NCBI GenBank assembly: GCA_002877915.1
Contig: PNJE01000075.1
Coordinates: forward strand, 1 to 60,792
Length of the DNA stretch: 60,792 nt
Source: Candidatus Aminicenantes bacterium
GTDB taxonomy: Bacteria; Acidobacteriota; Aminicenantia; Aminicenantales; Saccharicenantaceae
Direction of reading: 5' to 3'
Shown piece after piece: positions 20,496-30,157 of this stretch. The notes beneath the pieces are model-generated. The model did not search any database. It saw only the letters and a program-made list of their open reading frames with translations, and had not been told where the DNA came from. Every line of letters starts with the position of its first letter. The first letter of the stretch is position 1. Position numbers and translations under genes: made by a program.

Positions 20496-21890
20496 ATGAT
20501 TCGCTTTTTTAATACTCTGAGTGGCAAAATTGAAGAGTTTCAACCGATAAAAGAAGGTGAGGTTCGCCTGTATACCTGTGGTCCTACCGTCTATGATTAT
20601 GCTCATCTTGGCAATTATCGAGCTTATGTTTTTGAAGACTTGCTTAAAAGATTTTTGCTCTTTTATGGCTATAAAGTCATACATGTTATGAATATCACCG
20701 ATGTGGACGATAAAACTATCAGGGGAGCCAATGAGCAAGGCCTTTCTCTTAATGATTACACGAAAAAATATATCGAGGCCTTTTTCGAAGATGTAAGAGT
20801 CCTGCGTCTGTTGCCGGCGGATTACTATCCTCGAGCGACCGAGCATATTCCAGATATGGTCCGGATGATCAAAGGATTATTAGAAAAAGGTTACGCCTAT
20901 GTGAAAGATGGTTCTGTTTATTTCAGCCTTGCCAAGTTTCCCAATTATGGTCGGCTATCCAAAATAAATCTGGAAGATCTTAAAGCCGGAGTAAGAATTG
21001 AAGCGGACGAATATGAGAAAGAAAGCGTTCACGACTTTGCTCTCTGGAAGAAGGCTAAGGAAGGCGAGCCCTACTGGGAAACAGAAATCGGTCCTGGGCG
21101 GCCAGGCTGGCATATTGAATGTTCGGCCATGAGCACTCGTTATCTTGGCCCCACTTTTGATATTCATTGTGGGGGCATTGATAATATTTTCCCCCACCAC
21201 GAAAATGAAATTGCCCAGTCCGAGGCTTTTTATGGGCAAAAATTTGTTAACTACTGGCTCCATTGTCATCACCTGATTGTAGACGGCCAGAAAATGTCCA
21301 AATCTAAAGGTAATTTTTACACTCTGCGGGATCTTTTAGCCAGAAAATATGATCCAATAGATATTCGCTATTTTTTGCTTTCGACCCATTATCGCAAGAT
21401 GCTTAATTTCACCTTTGAAGGCCTGGAACAAGCCCGGGCTTCAAGGCAAAGGATACTGGATTTTGTCTATGAACTAGAGCACCGCTCACTGCCGGCCGGG
21501 GATGATCCGGAAGCAGAAAAATTATCCGAGAATTCCCTCAGCCGATTCAAAAATGAGCTGGCCGAAGACCTAAATATATCTTCGGCTCTGGCCGCTTTAT
21601 TTGATTTTATTAGGGAGATAAATTCAAGATTGGCTCAAGACAGCCTCAAACAGACTGGGGCCAAAAAAGCCCGGGAAGTAGTTTACGAGATGGATAAAGT
21701 TCTCGCCCTTCTCCCTGAAAAAAAAGAGGAAAATCTGCCCCCGGAAATAATGGAAAAAATAGAGCTCCGGCAAAAAGCCAGAAAAGAAAAGAACTTTGCC
21801 CTGGCCGACAGACTGCGAGAAGAATTAGCTCAACAGGGAATTGTCCTGGAAGATACCAAAGAAGGCGTCCGGTGGAAAAAGATAAAATAA
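20496..21890 (+). CDS. cysS: Cysteine--tRNA ligase
   Basis: YTCGPTVY, HLGN (HIGH-like), GRPGWHIECS, FPHHENE and KMSKS. Confidence 0.98.
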   Translation: MIRFFNTLSGKIEEFQPIKEGEVRLYTCGPTVYDYAHLGNYRAYVFEDLLKRFLLFYGYKVIHVMNITDVDDKTIRGANEQGLSLNDYTKKYIEAFFEDVRVLRLLPADYYPRATEHIPDMVRMIKGLLEKGYAYVKDGSVYFSLAKFPNYGRLSKINLEDLKAGVRIEADEYEKESVHDFALWKKAKEGEPYWETEIGPGRPGWHIECSAMSTRYLGPTFDIHCGGIDNIFPHHENEIAQSEAFYGQKFVNYWLHCHHLIVDGQKMSKSKGNFYTLRDLLARKYDPIDIRYFLLSTHYRKMLNFTFEGLEQARASRQRILDFVYELEHRSLPAGDDPEAEKLSENSLSRFKNELAEDLNISSALAALFDFIREINSRLAQDSLKQTGAKKAREVVYEMDKVLALLPEKKEENLPPEIMEKIELRQKARKEKNFALADRLREELAQQGIVLEDTKEGVRWKKIK

Positions 21891-22243
21891 ATTCACTCCC
21901 TTTTGGCCTCTGGGGTGAAGAGATTGCCGCTGAATATCTGAGAAATAAAGGCTATATAATTCTGGAAAGACATTTCTATTTCCACCATACGGAAATTGAT
22001 CTCATCGCCCGGGATGGAAATTATTTAGTGTTTATCGAGGTTAAAACCAGAAGCTCCGCTGACTTTGGTCTTCCGGAAGAAGCTCTGACCCCAAGGAAAA
22101 AGCAATATTTGCGGCGAGCGGCTGAAGGCTATCTTTATCTTAATAATCTGTATAACCTCGATTGCCGCTTCGATGTAATCAGCATCAGCCTGGACCAGGC
22201 TGAGCAACCTCAGATAGAACATCTGGAAAATGCTTTTGAATAG
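21872..22243 (+). CDS. yraN: YraN family (UPF0102) PD-(D/E)xK nuclease-like protein
   Basis: GEEIAAEYL, EIDLIA, VFIEVKTR, CRFDVI and HLENAF. Confidence 0.9.
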   Translation: MEKDKINSLPFGLWGEEIAAEYLRNKGYIILERHFYFHHTEIDLIARDGNYLVFIEVKTRSSADFGLPEEALTPRKKQYLRRAAEGYLYLNNLYNLDCRFDVISISLDQAEQPQIEHLENAFE

Positions 22244-22263
22244 TAAAACCAGGAGATAAAAGG

Positions 22264-24870
22264 ATGAAAAAACCAAGTTACCGGTCTATTTTAATTGTTT
22301 ATTTTCTCTGTTGTTTATTTATGGTTGCCGGGCTGAGAGCCCAGGTAATTCCGGCTCCAGAAGATATCTTAGGATTTAAGATAGGAGCCGATTACCACCT
22401 GATAAATTATAACCAGGCCATTGATTATCTTAAAAAATTAGCCTCGGTTTCAGATCGAATCAAGCTGATGGAGATGGGAAAAACAACTCTCGGCCTGCCA
22501 ATGTATTATGCCGTCATTTCTTCGCCAGAAAATTTAGCCAACCTCGATCATTATCGGGAAATAATTAAAAAGTTATCTCTGGCAGAGGGATTATCCCCCG
22601 AAGAAGCTCAGAAGCTCTCTGAAGAGGGTAAAGCCATAGTCTATATTGATGGCGGCCTCCATGCTACCGAATGCGCCCCGGCTCAGCACCTGGTCCAATT
22701 AGCTTATGACCTGGCGACGGCTCAAGATCCAAAAAATTTAAAAATTCTAAAGGAAGTAATTTGCCTGCTGGTATTTGCCAACCCCGACGGAATGAACATG
22801 GTGGCCGATTGGTATCAAAAGAATTTAGGAACGCCTTACGAAGTCTCTCCCCTTCCCTACTTATACCACTATTATGCCGGCCACGATAACAACCGCGATT
22901 CTTATATTGCTAATTTAAAAGAGACTCAGAACATCAACCGACTGGTAAACCAGGAATGGTATCCAGTAATTTTATATAACCACCACCAAACTGCTCCCTT
23001 CCCGGCCAGAATCTGGCTCCCCCCCAATTCTGAGCCCACCAATCCGAATGTTCACCCCCTTATTGTCCGTTGGCAAAATTTAATCGGGGCTGCCATGGGA
23101 GCGGCTTTTGATGCCGAAGGCAAGGAAGGAGCCATTTCGCGAATAGTGTTTGATACTTGGTACCCTGGTTATGTCACCCAGGTGGTTGATTCTCACAATA
23201 TTATTTCCATTTTAACGGAAACTGCCCTTTACCGATATGCTACTCCCCGATTTTATACCGTTCAGGACTTCCCGCCTGAATATCAAGATTTAACCATGGC
23301 TGCCTTTTATCCCAGCCCTTGGAAAGGAGGCTGGTGGCGGCTGAAAGATGCGGTCGATTACTGTTTGACCGCCTCTAAGGCTGTCCTGGAGGTAGCCGCC
23401 AAGTACCGTCAAGAGCTTCTTTTTAATAAGTATAAAATGGCCAAGGATGTTATAACCCGCTTTCAGAAAGAACCTCCCTACGCCTGGATAATTCCTCAGA
23501 ATCAAATTGACCCGGGCAACCTGGCTCTTCTCCTTAATCGCATGATCCTACTCGGTATTGAAGTCTATGAGGCTCAAGAGGAATTTTCCAGCGATGGAAT
23601 TTCCTATCCGCGGGGAACTCTCCTTATTCCGATGAATCAGCCTTTTGCCCTTTTTATTAAGAATATGTTTGAGGAGCAGCATTATCCTGATTTAAGAAAA
23701 TATCCTGACCTGTGGCAGGGCTTAGTTTCTGCTGAGAAATTTGAAGGAGCCCCCATTGAAGCTTATGACATGATGGGCTGGACTCTTCCCTATCAGTTTA
23801 ATGTCAAAGTGCAGGTAGCTTACACTCCAATCTCAGTCAGGATGACGCCGGTAAGGAAGGTTGACCCACCAGCCGGAAAACTCGAAGGTGCTGGAGAAGC
23901 TGCCTTTCTCCTTGATCATAGAGAAAATGCTTCTTTTATTGCCCTTAACCGGATCTTAAAACAAAAGGGGAAAATTGCTTGGGCTAAAAAATCTTTTACT
24001 TATGGCGGGAAAACTTTCTCCGAGGGCACTATGATTGCCAGTTCCATCAGCCGGAACTTCATGGAAAAACTGGCTGCCGACCTGCATTTAAAAATCCAGG
24101 CCTGCTCCTCCAGGCCGGCAATTGATGTTCTGGACATCAAGACTCCCAGAATAGGTGTATATCAATCCTGGGTAGCAGTAGAAGACGAAGGCTGGACCAG
24201 ATTTATTCTGGATGAACATGAGTTTAAATATCGGGTACTGCATGATGCCGATATAAGAGCCGGTAATCTGGCCACTCAATACGATGTTATTATCCTCCCC
24301 GACCATTATTCTAAGGAATTAATAATAAATGGTTACCCGAAGGGAACTATGCCGCCTGATTTTGTTGGAGGTCTCACGCTCAATGGAGTTAATAATTTAA
24401 AAGAATTTGTCAGCGAGGGAGGGACTCTGATTTTTATGAATTCTACCTGTAATTTGGCAACTGGCGAATTCAAAACTCCAGTCCGAAACATCATCGAAAA
24501 AGCCAAAAGGGATGAATTTAATTGTGTAGGTTCAATTCTCCAGGCTGAATTTGATCTCAGCCACCCGATCGCTTATGGGATGCAGAATCCCCAGCCAATT
24601 GTCTTTGCTGATAGCTGTGCTTTTGATGTTTTCCCCTCCTTTGATCAAAAAATAACACCTCGTATTGTCGCCAAGTATGCCGGAGATAATTTACTGCTCA
24701 GTGGCTGGATATACGGAGAAAAGCTCATTCAACAGAAAGCAGCCATCGTCGAAGTGCCCCAGGGAAAAGGTCGGCTAATTCTTTTAGGCTTTCCTGTCCA
24801 ATTTAGGGCTCAGCCCCGTGGGACATTTAAGCTATTATTTAATTCCATTTTTTACAGTACGGCTAAATAA
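22264..24870 (+). CDS. Exported M14 family zinc carboxypeptidase with C-terminal GATase-like domain
   Basis: Signal peptide; GGLHATE (HxxE), NPDG, DNNRD and NHHQ; C-terminal DEGWTRF..DVIILP region. Confidence 0.85.
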   Translation: MKKPSYRSILIVYFLCCLFMVAGLRAQVIPAPEDILGFKIGADYHLINYNQAIDYLKKLASVSDRIKLMEMGKTTLGLPMYYAVISSPENLANLDHYREIIKKLSLAEGLSPEEAQKLSEEGKAIVYIDGGLHATECAPAQHLVQLAYDLATAQDPKNLKILKEVICLLVFANPDGMNMVADWYQKNLGTPYEVSPLPYLYHYYAGHDNNRDSYIANLKETQNINRLVNQEWYPVILYNHHQTAPFPARIWLPPNSEPTNPNVHPLIVRWQNLIGAAMGAAFDAEGKEGAISRIVFDTWYPGYVTQVVDSHNIISILTETALYRYATPRFYTVQDFPPEYQDLTMAAFYPSPWKGGWWRLKDAVDYCLTASKAVLEVAAKYRQELLFNKYKMAKDVITRFQKEPPYAWIIPQNQIDPGNLALLLNRMILLGIEVYEAQEEFSSDGISYPRGTLLIPMNQPFALFIKNMFEEQHYPDLRKYPDLWQGLVSAEKFEGAPIEAYDMMGWTLPYQFNVKVQVAYTPISVRMTPVRKVDPPAGKLEGAGEAAFLLDHRENASFIALNRILKQKGKIAWAKKSFTYGGKTFSEGTMIASSISRNFMEKLAADLHLKIQACSSRPAIDVLDIKTPRIGVYQSWVAVEDEGWTRFILDEHEFKYRVLHDADIRAGNLATQYDVIILPDHYSKELIINGYPKGTMPPDFVGGLTLNGVNNLKEFVSEGGTLIFMNSTCNLATGEFKTPVRNIIEKAKRDEFNCVGSILQAEFDLSHPIAYGMQNPQPIVFADSCAFDVFPSFDQKITPRIVAKYAGDNLLLSGWIYGEKLIQQKAAIVEVPQGKGRLILLGFPVQFRAQPRGTFKLLFNSIFYSTAK

Positions 24871-24893
24871 TTAACGGGCCAAATAAGACAGCT

Positions 24894-25397
24894 TTAGTTG
24901 ATGGAAGGCTGCTCGGCTGGTTCTATTTTCCTGACGAGGGAAGTATCCCCAGTCAGACCGGCCAGAACAGCAATGGTTTGATGGAAAATTGGATGAACAA
25001 AATCGGGGGCAATTTCGGCCAGAGGAATCATAACAAAATTCCGGAAGCTCATTCGGGGATGTGGTATGACCAATTTTTGCGTTTGAATTACGGTTTTCTC
25101 AGCCAGAAGAATATCCAAATCAATAATCCTCGGGCCTTTATCAAAAGTCGGCTGGCGCTTCATCCTTTGCTCAATATCCTTTAGTAAATTCAACAAAACC
25201 ACTGGCTGATGGGGCGATTCTATTTCCAGAACCTGATTATAAAACCAGGGTTGATCCGGGTAATCCACCGGCTCAGTTTCATAAACAGAGGATTGCCGGA
25301 TAATCTTTATCCCTGACCTGGAAAGAAGGCGGCGAGCCTGGGCCAGGTGATGACCTCGATCCCCGACATTACTTCCGATAGAAATGAAGTATCTCAT
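24894..25397 (-). CDS. folK: 2-amino-4-hydroxy-6-hydroxymethyldihydropteridine diphosphokinase
   Basis: IGSNVGDR, SVYETEP, GPRIIDLDIL and PHPRMSFRNFV. Confidence 0.95.
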   Translation of the reverse strand: MRYFISIGSNVGDRGHHLAQARRLLSRSGIKIIRQSSVYETEPVDYPDQPWFYNQVLEIESPHQPVVLLNLLKDIEQRMKRQPTFDKGPRIIDLDILLAEKTVIQTQKLVIPHPRMSFRNFVMIPLAEIAPDFVHPIFHQTIAVLAGLTGDTSLVRKIEPAEQPSIN

Positions 25398-25628
25398 TTT
25401 TTCCCAGCTTTAGTCATAAATATTAGCACCAATTGAACAAATTTCAATAGGCAGGAATTTTTTCTTTTTTTTATTTTGTTTAACTTAGTCTCTATATTAT
25501 TTTATACAGAACCTGAGCCCACAAATTTTCTGTCGTTACCGGCCAGCGGACCTGTTCTTCGCCCGGCTCTATTTTGGGCTAAAGTCTTCAGGCTGTCCAA
25601 TCTTTTAAGCTCGTCAGCCAGCTGATGG

Positions 25629-25660
25629 TTGATTTTAAAAAATATTTTTAATAGTATAAT
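25629..25660 (+). promoter_or_regulatory. Candidate promoter for the cysteine desulfurase
   Basis: TTGATT (25629-25634), N17, TAGTAT, overlapping TATAAT at 25655-25660. Confidence 0.45.
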
Positions 25661-25769
25661 TCCCTATGACCAAAGAAGAAAATTGTAACCCTTATTGTAG
25701 TCATTTAAATCCCGCCGCTTTTTCAGCCCGGCTTTATTTATCATTAAAACCATTCAGGAGGAATAATCA

Positions 25770-26933
25770 ATGAAAATAATCTACCTGGACAACGGAGCCA
25801 CTTCTTATCCCAAGCCAGAAGAAGTTTATAAGTTTATGGATTATTTTTATCGAAATTTCGGAGTTAATCCGGGCCGCTCTGGTTATGACCTTTGCTTGGA
25901 AGCCGGGGAGATGGTTGAAAATACCCGGAAAATGCTAACTGATTTTTTTAACGGCGACCACCCTAACCGATTATGCTTTGGTTATAATTCCACTGACGCC
26001 CTTAATTTAATAATCGCCGGCCTCTTGGAACCAGGAGATCATGCTATTACCTCGACCATTGAACATAACTCGGTTCTTCGGCCCCTCTATCATCTTTCCT
26101 TAAAGGGCGTTGAGGTTGATTATGTTCCTTTTGACCACCAGGGATTCGTTCACCCTGAAGATATTGAGAAAAAAATAAAAAAGAATACTAAACTGGTTAT
26201 TATCAACCATGCCTCCAATGTCATCGGCACAGTTCAGCCTATAGAAGAAATCGGAAAAATCTGCCGAAAGCACAGAGTCACCTTCGCCATTGATGCTTCT
26301 CAATCGGCGGGAAAAGTTCCAATAGATATGAAGAAAATGAATATTGATGTGGTTGCCTTTACTGGGCACAAATCTCTTCTCGGTCCGACGGGCATAGGAG
26401 GTTTATGTGTGGCTGAAGGAGTGGATATTAAGATTACCAGAGCCGGTGGCACCGGTGTTCGTTCAGCTCAGAGGACCCATCTGGAAGAATATCCATATCG
26501 CTTAGAATACGGAACTCACAATTTAGTAGGTATTGCCGGGCTTCACGCCGGCCTCAAATGGATCCTGGAAAAAGGACTGGAAAATATCCATCAGCATGAA
26601 ATGAAACTCACCCGGAAGCTGGTGGAAGGATTGAAAAAAATTGAAGGAGTAAATCTCTACTGTCAGGATGACCTGACCAACCATATCAGTGTTGTTTCCT
26701 TCAATATTGAGGGTATCGAAGCTCAGGATGTTGGCATCAGGCTCGATGTTGATTACAACATTGCCTGTCGAACCGGACTACATTGTGCCCCCCTGGTTCA
26801 CGAGCAGTTAGGAACAGACAAAATTAAAGGGGCAGTACGTTTTGGAATTGGTCCATTTAATACCGAAGAGCATATTGAGGCCGCTATTAATGCTGTCGAG
26901 GAAATAGCCGAATTCAGAAAAAAGAAAAGGTAA
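25770..26933 (+). CDS. Cysteine desulfurase family (class V PLP aminotransferase, CsdA/SufS-like)
   Basis: YLDNGATS, EHNSV, DASQ, GHK (PLP Lys) and RTGLHCAP (catalytic Cys). Confidence 0.92.
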   Translation: MKIIYLDNGATSYPKPEEVYKFMDYFYRNFGVNPGRSGYDLCLEAGEMVENTRKMLTDFFNGDHPNRLCFGYNSTDALNLIIAGLLEPGDHAITSTIEHNSVLRPLYHLSLKGVEVDYVPFDHQGFVHPEDIEKKIKKNTKLVIINHASNVIGTVQPIEEIGKICRKHRVTFAIDASQSAGKVPIDMKKMNIDVVAFTGHKSLLGPTGIGGLCVAEGVDIKITRAGGTGVRSAQRTHLEEYPYRLEYGTHNLVGIAGLHAGLKWILEKGLENIHQHEMKLTRKLVEGLKKIEGVNLYCQDDLTNHISVVSFNIEGIEAQDVGIRLDVDYNIACRTGLHCAPLVHEQLGTDKIKGAVRFGIGPFNTEEHIEAAINAVEEIAEFRKKKR

Positions 26934-26938
26934 AAGTT

Positions 26939-27259
26939 TCAGATGCAGCCATCAGGCTTCGGCAGACCAGCCACTTTGCAGGCCCCTTTGGCCGGCCCTG
27001 AAGGAAATAATTCATAAATGCGCTTAAGCGAAATTCCAGTTTCGTTGACCATTTTGCGGATCATCGGCGCCTGTCCTTTTTCCAGGTAGTAATGGCGAAT
27101 GTAATTAATTATCTTCCAGTGTTCTTCGGTCAGCTGGTTTATTCCCTCGGCTTCCTGAGCAAGCCAACGGGCTATTTCTTCATTCCAGATTTCTGGCGCC
27201 ATCAGAAAGCCATCTTCATTTAATTTGATCTTGGTCGCCTTAAATTCTAATTCCGGCAT
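26939..27259 (-). CDS. tusE: TusE/DsrC/DsvC family sulfur relay protein
   Basis: EDGFL...WNEE, LTEEHW, YELFPSGPAKGACKVAGLPKPDGCI with two C-terminal Cys. Confidence 0.92.
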   Translation of the reverse strand: MPELEFKATKIKLNEDGFLMAPEIWNEEIARWLAQEAEGINQLTEEHWKIINYIRHYYLEKGQAPMIRKMVNETGISLKRIYELFPSGPAKGACKVAGLPKPDGCI

Positions 27260-27293
27260 TTTTCTCACTCCATTTTATTATTCTGAAAAAAAA

Positions 27294-29054
27294 TTATAGC
27301 TTATTATCTGGCCGTTGGCTATTTTCTCTCGAAAGTGGCAGCCAAACAGTAAAGGTGGTGCCAACTCCAGGAGCACTGTTGACTTCGATCCTCCCACCAT
27401 GAGCCAGAACAATATGCTTGACAATTGATAACCCCAGACCGGTCCCCCCAGTTTTTCTCGAACGTGATTTATCAACCACGTAAAAGCGTTCAAAAATTCG
27501 GGGCAAATGTTCCTCCGGAATGCCAATTCCGGTATCACTGAACTTAAGACATATTCCCTTATCTTTTTCTTTCAGGCTAATAGTAAGGCCACCCTTTTCG
27601 GTATAACGGATAGCGTTTTCTATAAGATTTACGGCCATTTGTTCCATCTGAATAGGATCAGCCATTATGACCGGGAGAGTTTCAGCCTCAATTTTAAGAT
27701 AAAGACCTTTTTCCCTAATTGGTTTCTGATAGGCTTTAGCCACCGTATTTATTATTTCAACCAGGTCAACTGGTTCTTTTTCCATTTTCAGCCCTTTTTC
27801 TTCCAGTTCTGAAAGCCGGGCCAGATCTTCCACCAAGCGGGTTAATCTATCGAGATTCCTTTCTATTATCGCCAGATAGTTTTTGCCTTCCGGGCAAAGG
27901 TTCTCCTCTTCCAGGGCTTCCAGAAATCCCTTAATGGCGGTAAGCGGAGTTTTGAGCTCGTGAGCCAAGTTAGCTACAAATTCTTTTTTTATCTGGGCCA
28001 GTCCCCTCGTTTCGGTAATATCAAAAAATTTAATTAAATATCTTTGCTTTAGAGGCAAGAAAGTAGCCAGGCAGGAAAAAATCCGACCATCTTTTTCCAG
28101 TTCTCCTTCTACTGGCTTTTTGGCTGCCTGGCTCTGCTCAAATAGCTGATTCAGCTCTGAGCAGCGCAAAGCCTGCCAGTAAAACTGTTGGCCTTCGCCA
28201 GCTTCAGGGAACATTTTCCGAAAAACCGAGTTGGCCAGGATAATCTTTCCTGTCCGATCAAGGAGCAGCCAGCCTTCCTGGCTGGAATTAATTAACTGTT
28301 GAATAAGCTCTTGATCTTCTTCTAAAAGGGCAGCTTGCTCCTGGTTCTTAGAAATTAGGTCAATAATTGGCTCTCTTAACGGATTTAGATTAACAACGAA
28401 TGATCTCCTCAGAGCCAGTTCATTTTTTCCTTCTCTGGCCTGGCCCAGAGCTTCAGCCAAATCTTCGAGAGGTCGCCAGATATTTTTTAAAATAAAATAA
28501 GACAAAATTAACGCCAGAAGAATAAACAAACTCAGATCAATAAGAAGATTTTTTCTCAATAACTTATAAGGAAGAATGGCCAAATCAAAATAACGGCTTA
28601 CCCGGCAAATGCCTGTAATAGTGGAATCCTTCTTGATAGGAACAGCGACGTAAAGCATTTTTTCCCCAAGGGTATCGCTGTACCTGATAGCCCAGCCGAT
28701 TTGGCCACCCAAAGCCTGCTCGATTTCCGGGCGGTAGCGATGACTTTCCATTTCCTTAGCTTCCTTCTCAGTATCGAAAATAACTTTGCCCTTAGGATCG
28801 ATCAGGGTTACCCTGACCCGCGAAATTCTCGCTTGAGTAGCTAACACCTGCTGCCATTGGGCCTCCTCGAGTTGTCCGTCAGACTTCGTCTCTACGGTCA
28901 TGGCAAGGGCTAATTCAGTTAATTCATTAATCTGGCTTCTTTTTTCGCTCTCTCGCCATCGCTGGCTGGTAAAAATAAAAATGAGAAAAAAGATCAGAAT
29001 GAAAACCAGCCACAGGCTAAGGAGGTTTTTCCAGAAAAACTTTTTAAGCTTCAT
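27294..29054 (-). CDS. PhoR-like membrane sensor histidine kinase
   Basis: Two TM helices flanking a Cache-like domain (H..RPEI), a PAS-like region, HELKTPL, NLIENA, DTGIGI, IFERFY and GGTGLGLSIVKH. Confidence 0.9.
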   Translation of the reverse strand: MKLKKFFWKNLLSLWLVFILIFFLIFIFTSQRWRESEKRSQINELTELALAMTVETKSDGQLEEAQWQQVLATQARISRVRVTLIDPKGKVIFDTEKEAKEMESHRYRPEIEQALGGQIGWAIRYSDTLGEKMLYVAVPIKKDSTITGICRVSRYFDLAILPYKLLRKNLLIDLSLFILLALILSYFILKNIWRPLEDLAEALGQAREGKNELALRRSFVVNLNPLREPIIDLISKNQEQAALLEEDQELIQQLINSSQEGWLLLDRTGKIILANSVFRKMFPEAGEGQQFYWQALRCSELNQLFEQSQAAKKPVEGELEKDGRIFSCLATFLPLKQRYLIKFFDITETRGLAQIKKEFVANLAHELKTPLTAIKGFLEALEEENLCPEGKNYLAIIERNLDRLTRLVEDLARLSELEEKGLKMEKEPVDLVEIINTVAKAYQKPIREKGLYLKIEAETLPVIMADPIQMEQMAVNLIENAIRYTEKGGLTISLKEKDKGICLKFSDTGIGIPEEHLPRIFERFYVVDKSRSRKTGGTGLGLSIVKHIVLAHGGRIEVNSAPGVGTTFTVWLPLSRENSQRPDNKL

Positions 29055-29227
29055 TGGCTTTTTTCCCTGTAATTTAAATTATTAAGACCACCTCTCTCAG
29101 GTCCAAGCTTTTTTGATTCAAAAATTTGACCCGGGCTATGATTATGGATTATAAGAAATATTAAGCTAAATGGGAATATTCTTTTAATCTTTCGGCTATG
29201 GTAAAATTTTTTTCAAGGAGGAAAAAG

Positions 29228-29965
29228 ATGGAAAAATTCATGGTCTTGCTAATCACCTTAATTGTTGGTCTGGCTCCTCTGATGGCTTCGGGCCAGAAAT
29301 ATGAAGAAGATATAATTTCCACCTCCAAGGGAAATTTAAAAATTACTTTTATCGGCCACGCTTCTTTATTTTTTACTTTTGAAGGAAAGGTAATTCACGT
29401 TGATCCGGTAACCAGCGAAAGCGATTATAAAAAGCTGCCACAGGCCGATCTAATCCTCATTACCCACGAACATTATGACCATTGCGACCCTGGAGCCATA
29501 AGAATCTTAAAGAAGGATTCAACCGTGGTCATCGGTTCAGCCTCGTGCGCCTCCCAGGTTCCTGGCCTGAAAATAATGAAAAATGGCGATCGCCTAAATA
29601 TTTTAGGCCTGGAAATAGAAGCTGTCCCGGCTTATAACCTTCAGCATCGTCGACCGGATGGCCAGCCTTTTCATCCTAAGGGAGTCGGCAACGGCTATGT
29701 AATTACTTTCGGAGATAAAAGAGTTTATGTGGCCGGTGACACGGAAAACATTCCGGAAATGAAGAACCTTAAAAATATCGATATCGCCTTCTTGCCAATG
29801 AATCTTCCTTATACCATGACCCCGGAAATGGTCGCCGAGGCCGCCAGCTGGATCAAACCAAAAATCTTATATCCATACCATTATGGAGAAACCGACACTT
29901 CCCGGTTGATAACCCTATTGAAGGATAAACCTGAAATTGAAGTTAGAATCCGCCGAATGAAATAG
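29228..29965 (+). CDS. Exported MBL-fold metallo-hydrolase
   Basis: ITHEHYDH, AGDT and PYHY motifs; signal peptide; ATG 29228 after AAGGAGG. Confidence 0.88.
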   Translation: MEKFMVLLITLIVGLAPLMASGQKYEEDIISTSKGNLKITFIGHASLFFTFEGKVIHVDPVTSESDYKKLPQADLILITHEHYDHCDPGAIRILKKDSTVVIGSASCASQVPGLKIMKNGDRLNILGLEIEAVPAYNLQHRRPDGQPFHPKGVGNGYVITFGDKRVYVAGDTENIPEMKNLKNIDIAFLPMNLPYTMTPEMVAEAASWIKPKILYPYHYGETDTSRLITLLKDKPEIEVRIRRMK

Positions 29966-30157
29966 GGAATTAAAGTCGAAAGGCCCTTTATCTCTTTTTA
30001 CCGCTGGGAAGAAGGATTGATTCCTTAGCTTTAATTCAGTTTATTTTTGATTTGATTTTTTTATTCAGACTAAGATTTTTAAGAACTGCATCTTAGAAAA
30101 AAGTTCAGGTCTGAGATTCGTTTAAAAGCTTAACCAATTAAACTTTAGCTAATCTTT

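Noticed and set aside
25424-25445. TTAGCAC half-match to CIRCE upstream of folK
   Set aside because: No matching GAGTGCTAA arm 9 bp downstream.
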